Shown here piece after piece: positions 10,031 through 19,613 of a stretch of DNA of 64,000 nt (within the stretch, counting starts at the first letter, position 1; every line of letters begins with the position of its first letter). This DNA is from Candidatus Hodarchaeota archaeon (GTDB lineage Archaea; Asgardarchaeota; Lokiarchaeia; Sigyniarchaeales; SOKP01). The stretch lies in NCBI GenBank assembly GCA_048887225.1, contig JBHLJY010000001.1, positions 32,388-96,387 of the forward strand. The letters are read 5' to 3'. The position numbers and the translations under genes were made by a program. The notes under the pieces are model-generated. The model did no database searches. It was not told where the DNA came from and saw only the letters and a program-made list of their open reading frames with translations.

Positions 10031-10170
10031 GACTAGTTATCGATAATTTATCAATTTTAGATTGAAAATTGTTTTTCAATTTTATATTTTTTCGAATTTA
10101 GTTTTCTCAATTCAACAAAAAATAATTTACATAAATGAGAAAATTTTGAAATAAAAAGAGATTAAAGTTT

Positions 10171-12666
10171 TTATTTATTCTTAAATAAATTAGATAATTT
10201 TTCTTGAATTAAGTTTGCAAGATTCTTAAAATCTTTAATTAGCGGACTAATTTCTTTCGCAATCTCAGATTCCAATTCTATTGCCTTTTCAATGTATTCT
10301 AATGCTTTATCATATTCCTTATTATCGTAGTAAATGCTTCCTAGAAATAACCATGCTCTAGCATGATCAGAATTTAAGTCTGTTGCCTTTTTATAGCTTT
10401 CAATCGCTTGATTCGATTCGTTTTTATGTTTATAAACATTTCCTTTTCTATACCACGCAATTGCGTAATTTGGATCGATTTCTAATGCTTTATTGATTGA
10501 ATTTAATGCATTATCGTATTCACTTTTAAGGACGTACGCTAGACCCATATCGTTCCACGCATTCACATGATTCGGATCTAATTCTACAGCTTTGTTAAAG
10601 TATTCAATCGCTTTATCGTAATCCTTCTTATTATGATAAGCGTTGCCCATGTTAAAATAAGACTCTACATATGTTTCATCAAGTTTAATTGCTTTATTAC
10701 AAAAATCAATTGCTACATCATATTCTCCGTTTTCTAAATCTTGCTTGACCTTATTATCTAGTTCTTGTTCATATAGTAATTTAATTTTAGAAATTTCTTC
10801 CTCTTTAATGGTTTTATCTTTTATAAGTTCAGATATTTGTAGCGCTTTATCGTAATCTTTAAATGCTTCCTCAAATTTGTTTTTCATTGCTAAAAGATTT
10901 CCATATTCTGATGTTGCACTAATTAACTTTTTTAACTCGTTATCTCTTACGACCGTATATTCAATTAAATCAATGAATTTTAACGCTTTGTCAATTTCTT
11001 GTACGGACTTATTAAATTTATTCCCCTCTGCCTGTAAATCTCCTTGTTCAATTAATAATTCTATTTGATTAGAATAAACGCTATCTATTTGATGTTTAAT
11101 ATCGCTAATCTTTTTCCTTTTACTTTCAGGATCGGTAATTGAGTTAGCTCGTTCCAATTCTTTGTTAAGTTCGTCTAGTTCTTTTTCGAATTTCTTTTGC
11201 TCTTCTGTAACATAACCTTCCGCAACAACTTGCTTCATTTCAGATTGGTACAACAAATTTTTAATAGTGCTAATTTGCTTCTCCATTTCATCTGAGACAT
11301 ACATTTTATTGGAAATCTTCATTGCCCTATTGAATATCTCTCTAGCTTCTTCAAATTTCTTTTTGCTTAATTCATTTTTTCCTTTTTCTAAAATGTTTTC
11401 AATTTCGGAAGAATAAATTTGATTTATCATATTTTTTATATTATCCATCTCAACATTATCATCTTCATCGCATGCCATATTTTTTGCCATGCTTAAAGCA
11501 GAATACATTTCGCTAATAGCTTTTTCATACTCTTTTTGCTCCCTATATTGAACTCCTTTGTCTTTTCTGATTTTAATTCCTGCTGAACATGTTTGATCAA
11601 TTAAATTAGTTATTATATCTAATTGATTATTTTTATCTTCAGAATCTACCATTTCTTTAGCAATCTTCAACACATTATTAAATATTTCGGCAGCTTCAAT
11701 AACTTTTGAGACTGACTCGTCATAATTTTTTTCTTCCGTTATTTGCATTCCACGTTCTTTAATTGGTTTGATTTTCTCAACTAACAATGGATTAATTAAT
11801 TCACCAATAGCGTTAAAATCCCTCTTTTTTTGGTTGGTATCAAACATTTTATTTCCAATATTTATTGCATTTTTTAACTCATTAATGGCCTCATCGGGAT
11901 TATTTTGGTCTATTAATTCTTTTGCTTTCCCTAATATTGGTTGTATTTTCTCTGAATGTATTTGGTTGATTAAGTCTTTTATATTTGATATTTCTGCTTC
12001 TTTTAACTCAGATTCATACATTTTATCTGCCATATTCATGGCATTCTCATAATTTTTAATTGCTTCTTCAGATTTACCGTCTTGTTTCATCTGATTTCCT
12101 TGAGCCTCAATTACCTCTATTTTATCAGAATAAGTTTGATTAGTGAGATTTTTTATATTAATAATATCTTCATTCTCTGGCTCAGAACTGTAAATCTCAT
12201 TAGCATCATTCAACGCTTTTTTGAATATTTCAATCGCGTTGTCAGATTTTAGTTCTTCTTTTAATTTTTTACCCTGTTCTATTACTACTTTTAAATCTGT
12301 TTTACTTATTTCGTATTTAATTTTTTTAATTTCAGAATCTTTTAAACCGATATCGTCAATATTGTTAGCAGTATCTATAGCGTTATTTAAATTATTTATT
12401 GCCTCATCAAATTCTTTTATTTCCACTAAATGATTTGTTTGTTTTATTACATCATTAATTTCAGCAGAATAAGTTTGATCTATTTTTTTTATTATTTTTT
12501 TTACTTCAATTTCTCTATCTTCCATACTTGTAGCTTTTAAACGAAGAAAATTTATACCCTCCCTATATTTTCTAACAGCCTCTTTATAATTCTTCTTATT
12601 TGTGAGATCATCAGCTTCTTGTAATATAGGGTTTAGTTTTTTTAAAATGGATGATTTTTTTGCCAT
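10171..12666 (-). CDS. Large repeat protein: about 640 aa of roughly 65-72-aa helical repeats followed by canonical TPR repeats
   Basis: C-terminal TPRs (YVESYFNMGNAYHNKKDYDKAIEYFNKAVELDPNHVNAWNDMGLAY..., AIAWYRKGNVY..., ARAWLFLGSIYYDNKEYDKALEYIEKAIEL). The N-terminal part repeats the pattern E-I-x-x-IK-x-L-I/T-NQ-x-YS-x-x-I...EEAI..Y..A...A.KMY. Confidence 0.8.
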   Translation of the reverse strand: MAKKSSILKKLNPILQEADDLTNKKNYKEAVRKYREGINFLRLKATSMEDREIEVKKIIKKIDQTYSAEINDVIKQTNHLVEIKEFDEAINNLNNAIDTANNIDDIGLKDSEIKKIKYEISKTDLKVVIEQGKKLKEELKSDNAIEIFKKALNDANEIYSSEPENEDIINIKNLTNQTYSDKIEVIEAQGNQMKQDGKSEEAIKNYENAMNMADKMYESELKEAEISNIKDLINQIHSEKIQPILGKAKELIDQNNPDEAINELKNAINIGNKMFDTNQKKRDFNAIGELINPLLVEKIKPIKERGMQITEEKNYDESVSKVIEAAEIFNNVLKIAKEMVDSEDKNNQLDIITNLIDQTCSAGIKIRKDKGVQYREQKEYEKAISEMYSALSMAKNMACDEDDNVEMDNIKNMINQIYSSEIENILEKGKNELSKKKFEEAREIFNRAMKISNKMYVSDEMEKQISTIKNLLYQSEMKQVVAEGYVTEEQKKFEKELDELNKELERANSITDPESKRKKISDIKHQIDSVYSNQIELLIEQGDLQAEGNKFNKSVQEIDKALKFIDLIEYTVVRDNELKKLISATSEYGNLLAMKNKFEEAFKDYDKALQISELIKDKTIKEEEISKIKLLYEQELDNKVKQDLENGEYDVAIDFCNKAIKLDETYVESYFNMGNAYHNKKDYDKAIEYFNKAVELDPNHVNAWNDMGLAYVLKSEYDNALNSINKALEIDPNYAIAWYRKGNVYKHKNESNQAIESYKKATDLNSDHARAWLFLGSIYYDNKEYDKALEYIEKAIELESEIAKEISPLIKDFKNLANLIQEKLSNLFKNK

Positions 12667-12768
12667 TGTTTTATTTGCTCATCATTTTATTATACAATAT
12701 AATTTCTTTATTCTTAAAATTCGCATCTATTTTTATTTTTTTTTATTTTAATTCTTTTAAAAGGCGTT

Positions 12769-13926
12769 TCAATCTGTAAAGTAGAGATGTTCATCAAAAC
12801 CAGTTTCAGCTACTAAATCTTGCCCCAATTTTTGAATAGCACGCTTGGTTGGGGTTTGCAATATACGCCTCGCAATATTTATAACTCTCGATAATTTTAC
12901 ATCTTTAAAATCGTTAATTATTTTATCATACCGAGAAAAATCTATTCCCGCTGTATATACCCCTGCTTGGCCACGCCCAGCTTGACTTGATACTTGCCAA
13001 TGTTCAACCTTTATCTCTATTGAAGAGAGAAGGTGCGAACAAAAAAACCATTCCAAAAGAAGGGGCATTCTTTTTGACTTTCTTTTAGTTTGTTTTAACA
13101 TTTTAGAAGCAAGAGATAACCTGTCAGGATGAATTTGTTTAAAAACTCTTTCATATTGGATTGTCATCTTTTCCTTAACGTGTTCTTTAATATTCTGCAT
13201 AATCTCTTCTACTTTTTGAGCTCTCTCATCAGAAATTTCTTGATGAATAGAATCTATATGGCGATCGATTGCTTCTTGAATTTCTTGACTTCTATCTATT
13301 GATAAGTCATGTGGCCTTGAGGTATTTAAACTACTTATTCCACCCTGAAGTTCTGAAGGTACAGAATAAATTTCTCTTTGTGGAAGACTAAATATATCAT
13401 CTAATTTTGAAGGATCGTTTCTTACTCCTATGATTTTTTCTTCAATTTCATCTTTAGAATATCCCTGATTGATAAGGTAAAACGCAGCACTAGCGAGTTG
13501 ATTCTCTAAAGCCTGTTTTTCGTCATATTCCCCCCCAAATTCTTTTTCTAATGGTTCATCTGCGATTTTACTCATTTCTTTTTCAGTTATTTCATTTAAT
13601 CTAAGTCCATCAATTTTAGTCAGAATATATTCGATTTGATTTGTATCTAAATAATTTAAATTCCCTGTAGGACCGATCATGTAGGAAACTAATTCCATTT
13701 TTTTAAGAACATCGTCTAAATCATTTTGCGTTTTCCCTTTTGATATTATTAAAAAATGTTCTAAAAATTTTTGATTAAATCCAGCAATTATTTTGAGGGT
13801 ATTGTCATTATATTTGTTTAGGTGATCGTTTAATTTACCTTCTTGAAGATCTGCTGGTAGATTGATGCCAAATACCAACACATTATCAATAATCATATTA
13901 ATGTAGTCTGATTTCTGCATAAGCAT
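12769..13926 (-). CDS. Hypothetical protein (coiled-coil-rich middle region)
   Basis: 385-aa ORF lying co-directionally between the S8 protease and the TPR repeat protein. No motif recognised. Confidence 0.6.
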   Translation of the reverse strand: MLMQKSDYINMIIDNVLVFGINLPADLQEGKLNDHLNKYNDNTLKIIAGFNQKFLEHFLIISKGKTQNDLDDVLKKMELVSYMIGPTGNLNYLDTNQIEYILTKIDGLRLNEITEKEMSKIADEPLEKEFGGEYDEKQALENQLASAAFYLINQGYSKDEIEEKIIGVRNDPSKLDDIFSLPQREIYSVPSELQGGISSLNTSRPHDLSIDRSQEIQEAIDRHIDSIHQEISDERAQKVEEIMQNIKEHVKEKMTIQYERVFKQIHPDRLSLASKMLKQTKRKSKRMPLLLEWFFCSHLLSSIEIKVEHWQVSSQAGRGQAGVYTAGIDFSRYDKIINDFKDVKLSRVINIARRILQTPTKRAIQKLGQDLVAETGFDEHLYFTD

Positions 13927-14026
13927 TCTGAATTTTCTGAAAATTAATAATAATTAATTTTATTGCACCAAATCAAAACAAACCTATTTAATCTTATGAA
14001 AGAAATATTATTTATTTTTTTACTTA

Positions 14027-16567
14027 TTAATAGTAAGACCGCTCCATAAGCGCTTTTATTCTTTCACTTTCTCTCTCATCCCTCTTACGCGCTGATCTTC
14101 TTGCAATGATCACAATTATTATCACGGCAGCAAAGACAGTTCCAATAATAAGCAGGCCAAGAGGGCTTAAAAGAAATTCTAATATGCTTAAAATCTTTTC
14201 GCCTTCCTCATCATCGTCTTCCTCTGAAATAGGAGGTAAAGAGGATCCTATTGCTTTTATAACTAAGAAATATTTTCCAGTATACTCAGCTGTATAATTA
14301 AGGATCTCATCCTTTCCCTTTATAGATGAAGTACTTGAAACGATAAGTACAGGCTCGCCATAGACGTCGGGTGTCGAATTATATAAATGTAGATCATAAT
14401 CGGCTCCAGCAGGTACACTTAAATTAAAAATATACCATTGTCCTTGTGTAAGATTAACAAAACCAGCTTTAGCATGTTTAGCATAAGGATCATTATATGA
14501 ACTATCAAGACTCGCGGTAAGCAGTTCAGATTTAGTTATATTTGTCGTCCAATTAAGAATCCATGCCTCAATAGCAGCATCAACATTCATTCTTCCGTAT
14601 CCTTCATGAATATCTTTACCGCCACGATCAAGAGTTGGACTATAATAAGGAATTCCCTCTCTTTTTAAAGGATAAGTTTCAGTTGCCGTCATTAATAATA
14701 GAGATTTTACCATTTTTGATGTTGATGCATTATCCCAACTCCAAGCATTAATTCCTCCCATTGCCTGAACTAGAAGGTTTGCTGCACCTGATATGATAGG
14801 ACACGACATTGAAGTTCCCTGCGCTCCAAACAGTTCATTTTTATAGGCATCAACGCTATAAGCTCCATTTGCATCGTTGTCGTTTGTATCGGCTGAGAAG
14901 ATTTGTAAGTGATTGAAACTTCCGCCTGGAGCAGTGATATCTGGTTTTCTTGTCTTCGTACTGTTTGAAACACCACCTTGGCTACTATATACTGTTATTT
15001 GGTCTAAAAAGTTATTAGCTGCAACTGTGATTACTTTATCAGCATCTCCAGGAGACTCAAGATAATTCCCTCCTGGGCCATCGTTTCCAGCTGATACTAC
15101 CACAACAATGCCATTTTCGACAGCGTTGTCCACAGCATCATTTAAGGCTGTAAATCCTGGCCAATATCCAAGACTCATCGAAATTACGGTAATATTGTAT
15201 ATTTTCCTTTTGTTAATACACCAATCAACTCCCTTAACGGCATCTGATCCAAATCCTCCTCCGTCCTTGTTAATTACTTTGACGCCTACTAGCTGAGCGT
15301 CAGGTGCCACGCCTTTCCAGAGATTTCCACATCCATAATCGGGTGGATCAAAAGGCCAATGGAGTTCTACTCTAAACTTAAAATCAGGTAAAACGCACAA
15401 GAAATCGCCATCACCGTCCTTGAAAGTATAAAAAACAACAATTTGATAATCTCCTAATTGGCTATTAACAGAGATTGTATAAGTAAAATTATTTGTCCAA
15501 TTACCAGAACCACTCTGGCCTTGCTGAGCAACTACATAACCATCATCATCTAAAAGATAAAAATCGGCTATAACATAATCTGAACCCTGAGTAGAATCGT
15601 TGAATAAACACTCGATTTCAATCTGCCCAAGGGAAGGTACATTAAAACTAGCGGCACCAACACCCTCTTGTAATCCGTCAATAGCCCAGAGATATTTATC
15701 ATGTTCTAAAGCATATGTTGAAACTGATCTTCCCAGACCATCCGCTGTAGTTCCCAGACCTGCCGCTATTCCCGCAACATGAGTACCATGACCGTTATCA
15801 TCATATGCTGTATCATTTTGTCCTGTTACATAATCCACAAATTTGATAACTTTCCCAGTTGTATCATTATCAAAAAACGTATGATCCTCGTCTATACCAG
15901 AATCTAAAATTGCAATTGAACTTTTATTATCTCCAGTGTAGGGTGTGTTATAATTCTTCCAAACATAAGGGCGAAGTCTTGTGTTTCGGGAAGTAAAAAA
16001 AAGATGAATGTTACCAACATCGTCACCTTCAATGAAAAATGGAACTTTATCATCTCTTAATTGATTATAAAAATTCAAGAAAGCTTCATAATTAATGCTT
16101 CCTGAGAAGCCATTAATTGCCTCTGTATATGTATATTTAATTTTTCCACCCAAGTTTTTGAAAAGTAGAAGATCAGTGGAATAATCGTAATTTTCACGAA
16201 ACTGAATGATAATCTTAATTGAATCATTTATTGTTGCTCTAATATTTTGAGTCGAAGATAATGACACTTTCTCGTTAGAGTCTTTAAGTTCTTTTATGGA
16301 TTTTAATTTAGCTTCAAATCTATCATGTAATTTATTATTATTTTGATCCACTCCTAGATATAAATCCTCTTGAACAGCTGTCTCAATTCCTAATTTATTT
16401 TGCTGTTCAGATATTTCCAGAGCTTGAATAGGAATATTCTTATTTTGTGAAATTATTTTATTAGCATTAGAATTTGGAATTATGAAGACAAAGAAAGGAG
16501 GTACTAAGATTAACAATAAAAAAACCAGACTCAATTTTTCACTTTTTTTGGTATTTTTAATCTTCAT
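14027..16567 (-). CDS. Subtilisin-like serine protease (peptidase S8) with N-terminal signal/anchor and C-terminal TM anchor
   Basis: Catalytic triad contexts AILDSGIDEDHTFF (Asp), DDNGHGTHVAGIAAG (His) and GTSMSCPIISGAANLL (Ser). N-terminal hydrophobic LSLVFLLLILVPPFFVFII. C-terminal acidic run EEDDDEEGE + TM LGLLIIGTVFAAVIIIVII + ARRSARKR. Confidence 0.85.
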   Translation of the reverse strand: MKIKNTKKSEKLSLVFLLLILVPPFFVFIIPNSNANKIISQNKNIPIQALEISEQQNKLGIETAVQEDLYLGVDQNNNKLHDRFEAKLKSIKELKDSNEKVSLSSTQNIRATINDSIKIIIQFRENYDYSTDLLLFKNLGGKIKYTYTEAINGFSGSINYEAFLNFYNQLRDDKVPFFIEGDDVGNIHLFFTSRNTRLRPYVWKNYNTPYTGDNKSSIAILDSGIDEDHTFFDNDTTGKVIKFVDYVTGQNDTAYDDNGHGTHVAGIAAGLGTTADGLGRSVSTYALEHDKYLWAIDGLQEGVGAASFNVPSLGQIEIECLFNDSTQGSDYVIADFYLLDDDGYVVAQQGQSGSGNWTNNFTYTISVNSQLGDYQIVVFYTFKDGDGDFLCVLPDFKFRVELHWPFDPPDYGCGNLWKGVAPDAQLVGVKVINKDGGGFGSDAVKGVDWCINKRKIYNITVISMSLGYWPGFTALNDAVDNAVENGIVVVVSAGNDGPGGNYLESPGDADKVITVAANNFLDQITVYSSQGGVSNSTKTRKPDITAPGGSFNHLQIFSADTNDNDANGAYSVDAYKNELFGAQGTSMSCPIISGAANLLVQAMGGINAWSWDNASTSKMVKSLLLMTATETYPLKREGIPYYSPTLDRGGKDIHEGYGRMNVDAAIEAWILNWTTNITKSELLTASLDSSYNDPYAKHAKAGFVNLTQGQWYIFNLSVPAGADYDLHLYNSTPDVYGEPVLIVSSTSSIKGKDEILNYTAEYTGKYFLVIKAIGSSLPPISEEDDDEEGEKILSILEFLLSPLGLLIIGTVFAAVIIIVIIARRSARKRDERESERIKALMERSYY

Positions 16568-16745
16568 TTAAAGTTTACACAAATTTCTGTAAATTGATTT
16601 TTTTTGAAAAAACTCTTTTGAAATTAGTAATATAGTTCTTTTAAATTCTTGGAAATATAAATTTTATGGTAAATCTATTACATTTAGATTAAATAAAAAT
16701 TATTTAATATTGAAAAATTTTGATTTATTAAAAGAAAAATCTGGA

Positions 16746-17240
16746 ATGTCTAGTTTAAATGGAAAAATAATGAAAGATAAAGAGAAATTAACTGCCCTTG
16801 ATACGAGAAAATACCCAATTCGTCCGCAGGTAGGAGTTGGAATTTTATTAGTTAGGAATCATCATCTTCTTTTAGTCAAAAGAAAATACGATCCTGATGC
16901 GGGGTATTGGTCTATTCCTGGTGGACATCTAGAACTCGGAGAGAAAGTTCAAAACGCCGCTGAAAGGGAAGGTTTTGAGGAAACAGGTTTTAAAGTAAAG
17001 GTTTCTAAATTAGCAGGTATTATAGATAAAATTATGTATGATAAAGATGGAAAAATCGAATTTCATTACGTCTTAATTAATTACTTTGTAGAGCAAATAG
17101 ATGGTAATTTAAACCAACCTCCTAAAGCTGCATCAGACGCACTCGAGGCTAAATTTGTGCCTTTTGAAGATCTTCAAAACTATAAACTTACTGAATCTTT
17201 GATTGAGCTTTTAAAACAATTGAAGATCGGATTTGATTAA
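16746..17240 (+). CDS. NUDIX hydrolase
   Basis: Nudix box GGHLELGEKVQNAAEREGFEETG. The listed ORF begins at TTG 16710; the first ATG is at 16746. Confidence 0.8.
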   Translation: MSSLNGKIMKDKEKLTALDTRKYPIRPQVGVGILLVRNHHLLLVKRKYDPDAGYWSIPGGHLELGEKVQNAAEREGFEETGFKVKVSKLAGIIDKIMYDKDGKIEFHYVLINYFVEQIDGNLNQPPKAASDALEAKFVPFEDLQNYKLTESLIELLKQLKIGFD

Positions 17241-17380
17241 TTTTTTAATTTTATATCAAATCTATTTTTTAAAAGAAAAAGAAATTTAATTCCGCCCTTA
17301 TTATTTTAAATAGATAGATATTGAATTAATTAGAAAAGAACTTAAAAATTTATTGTAGGTATAACAACTTGTCCGCACTT

Positions 17381-18685
17381 ATGAAACTTGCCAAGGATGG
17401 AAAAACCACAAAAGAAATGGGAATTGTAGCTCAGAACGAAAAATTAGAAATAGAGTTCATCCGGCGTGGAATTGCTAAAGGGAGGATTATAATACCTAAA
17501 TCGAATCAAAGAGAGTTGGAGCAACCAATAGGTATAGGGAAGGGTTTATTGGTAAAAATTAACGCTAATGTGGGCTCATCGAAAACAATATGTAATGTGG
17601 ATGCAGAAGTTGAGAAAGCAAAAATTGCCGTAAAATTCGGAGCTGATACTGTAATGGATTTAAGTACTGGTGTTACAGAGAAAGATGTAAAAAATATTAG
17701 AGAGCGAATTCTTAGTGAAGTCAATGTTCCGATAGGAACAGTCCCAATTTATCAATCTGCTTTAAGAGCTCTTGAAGGAAAAGGTGCCATTATTCATATG
17801 AATGAGGATGATATGTTTAACGTTATAGAGGAACAAGCTAAAGAAGGAGTGGATTTTTTCACTATACATGTAGGAGTAACAAAAGAGATTGTAAATTATT
17901 TAATAGACCATCCCCGAACTATGGGTGTCGTTTCAAGAGGTGGGACTTTCTTAGCGTCGTGGATTTTAAAAAATGACATGGAGAATCCTTTTAATAGAAG
18001 ATACGATTATTTACTCGAAATGGCGAAAGAGTACGATTTCACTTTATCTTTAGGCGATGGATGTCGGCCAGGATCAATTTTTGATTCAACAGATTATGTT
18101 CAGATTCAAGAATTACTAGAAATTTCTAAATTAGTAAAGCGAGCTTGGAATGCTGATGTACAAGTTATGGTTGAGGGCCCAGGACATATTCCTGCTCATC
18201 AAATTGAGCGTAATATAAAAATTCAGAAGTCGCTCTGTAATGAAGCACCCTTTTATGTTTTAGGTCCTTTAGTTACAGATATAGCTCCAGGTTATGACGA
18301 AATCGTAAGTGCTATAGGTGGAACAATAGCAGGATTAGCAGGCGCGGATTATTTATGCTATGTTACTCCCTCGGAACATTTAGGATTGCCAAATAAAGAT
18401 GAAGTGAAAAGGGGAGTTATAGCTTCTAGAATTGCTGCTCACGCAGTAAATATCGCTAGATATGGTCAAAGAGCTTCAAATTGGGATTACAAAATGGATA
18501 TTGCTCGAAAAAATTTAAACTGGGAAGAGATGATAAAACATTCAATTGATCCCGAGTTAGCAAGAAAGATCCATTATCGAAACGGAAGTTCGATTGATGA
18601 CGATGTTTGTAGCATGTGCGGAGAATTTTGTGCAATAAAACTTCTTAAAGATACGTTAGAAAATAAAAAGAAATCTGAAAAATAA
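17381..18685 (+). CDS. thiC: Phosphomethylpyrimidine synthase ThiC
   Basis: Full-length ThiC-like sequence (VNANVGSS, VMDLSTG, TIHVGV, VSRGG, MVEGPGH, C-terminal CSMCGEFCA Fe-S motif). ATG at 17381 gives MKLAKDGKTTKEMGIVAQNE; the listed ORF starts at TTG 17369. Confidence 0.9.
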   Translation: MKLAKDGKTTKEMGIVAQNEKLEIEFIRRGIAKGRIIIPKSNQRELEQPIGIGKGLLVKINANVGSSKTICNVDAEVEKAKIAVKFGADTVMDLSTGVTEKDVKNIRERILSEVNVPIGTVPIYQSALRALEGKGAIIHMNEDDMFNVIEEQAKEGVDFFTIHVGVTKEIVNYLIDHPRTMGVVSRGGTFLASWILKNDMENPFNRRYDYLLEMAKEYDFTLSLGDGCRPGSIFDSTDYVQIQELLEISKLVKRAWNADVQVMVEGPGHIPAHQIERNIKIQKSLCNEAPFYVLGPLVTDIAPGYDEIVSAIGGTIAGLAGADYLCYVTPSEHLGLPNKDEVKRGVIASRIAAHAVNIARYGQRASNWDYKMDIARKNLNWEEMIKHSIDPELARKIHYRNGSSIDDDVCSMCGEFCAIKLLKDTLENKKKSEK

Positions 18686-18763
18686 TAATTCTATTCCACT
18701 TTAATTAGATTAATTCTTCTTTTTTATAATATTCAAAAAATTAAATCTATAATGGTTATAATT

Positions 18764-19597
18764 ATGAAAAAAGTTTTAACAATCGCAGGTTCAGATTCAG
18801 GCGGAGGTGCTGGAATTCAAGCTGATTTAAAAACTTTTTCAGCACGTGGCGTTTTTGGAATGAGTGCAATAACAGCACTTACGGCTCAAAATACCATAGG
18901 AGTTCAAGGCGTTTTTGAAGTGACTCCAGAATTTGTTGGAGAACAAATAGATTCAGTAATGACTGACATGGGAGCAGATGCTTGGAAAACCGGCATGCTT
19001 TTAAATGCAAAGATTATTCAAAAAGTTTCAGATCGAGCATCTCGATATAATGTTAAGCTTTTAGTAGTAGATCCAGTGATGGTTGCTAAAAGTGGTGATC
19101 CCTTATTACAATCTGAGGCAAAAGATACTCTTATCTCAAAGCTAGTTCCATTGGCTTATGTTATAACCCCAAATCTTCACGAAGCTAAAGTTTTAACAGG
19201 AATAAAAATACAACATATAGAAGAGGCTAAAGAAACTGCAATTAAAATCCATGAACTGGGTGCTAAAAATGTGGTTCTGAAAGGAGGCCATTTCCCAGAC
19301 ACAGAGGAATCCATAGACATTCTTTACAATGGTAAGGAATTTACTATCTTCCAAGCTCCTCGAATTAATACAAAAAACACGCATGGTACAGGATGCACTT
19401 TTGCTTCAGCAATAGCTGCTGAGCTAGCTAAGGGATTCGATATAACAAAAGCAGTACATATTGCTAAAGCATACATAACAAAAGCAATTCAAAGAGCGGA
19501 TGAACTCCACATCGGAAAAGGTCATGGTCCAACGAATCATTTGTTAGGTGATGTTATAGAAGTTGACCTTAATTTAATTAATGTTAAAAAAATATAA
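18764..19597 (+). CDS. thiD: Hydroxymethylpyrimidine/phosphomethylpyrimidine kinase ThiD
   Basis: KVLTIAGSDSGGGAGIQADLKTFSARGVFGMSAITALTAQNT and NTHGTGCTFASAIAAELAKG are ThiD/PfkB-type motifs. ATG at 18764 (alternative 18752). Confidence 0.9.
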   Translation: MKKVLTIAGSDSGGGAGIQADLKTFSARGVFGMSAITALTAQNTIGVQGVFEVTPEFVGEQIDSVMTDMGADAWKTGMLLNAKIIQKVSDRASRYNVKLLVVDPVMVAKSGDPLLQSEAKDTLISKLVPLAYVITPNLHEAKVLTGIKIQHIEEAKETAIKIHELGAKNVVLKGGHFPDTEESIDILYNGKEFTIFQAPRINTKNTHGTGCTFASAIAAELAKGFDITKAVHIAKAYITKAIQRADELHIGKGHGPTNHLLGDVIEVDLNLINVKKI

Positions 19598-19613
19598 ACT
19601 TTAAACCAAGAAA

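Noticed and set aside
14027-14200. PGF-CTERM archaeosortase signal on the S8 protease
   Set aside because: It has an acidic run + TM + basic residues, but no PGF-like tripeptide. A cytoplasmic tail of about 30 aa follows the TM, unlike PGF-CTERM. It is treated as a plain C-terminal TM anchor.
17241-17380. TPP riboswitch upstream of thiC
   Set aside because: The spacer is nearly pure A/T and lacks the conserved CUGAGA and pyrimidine-sensor helix sequences.
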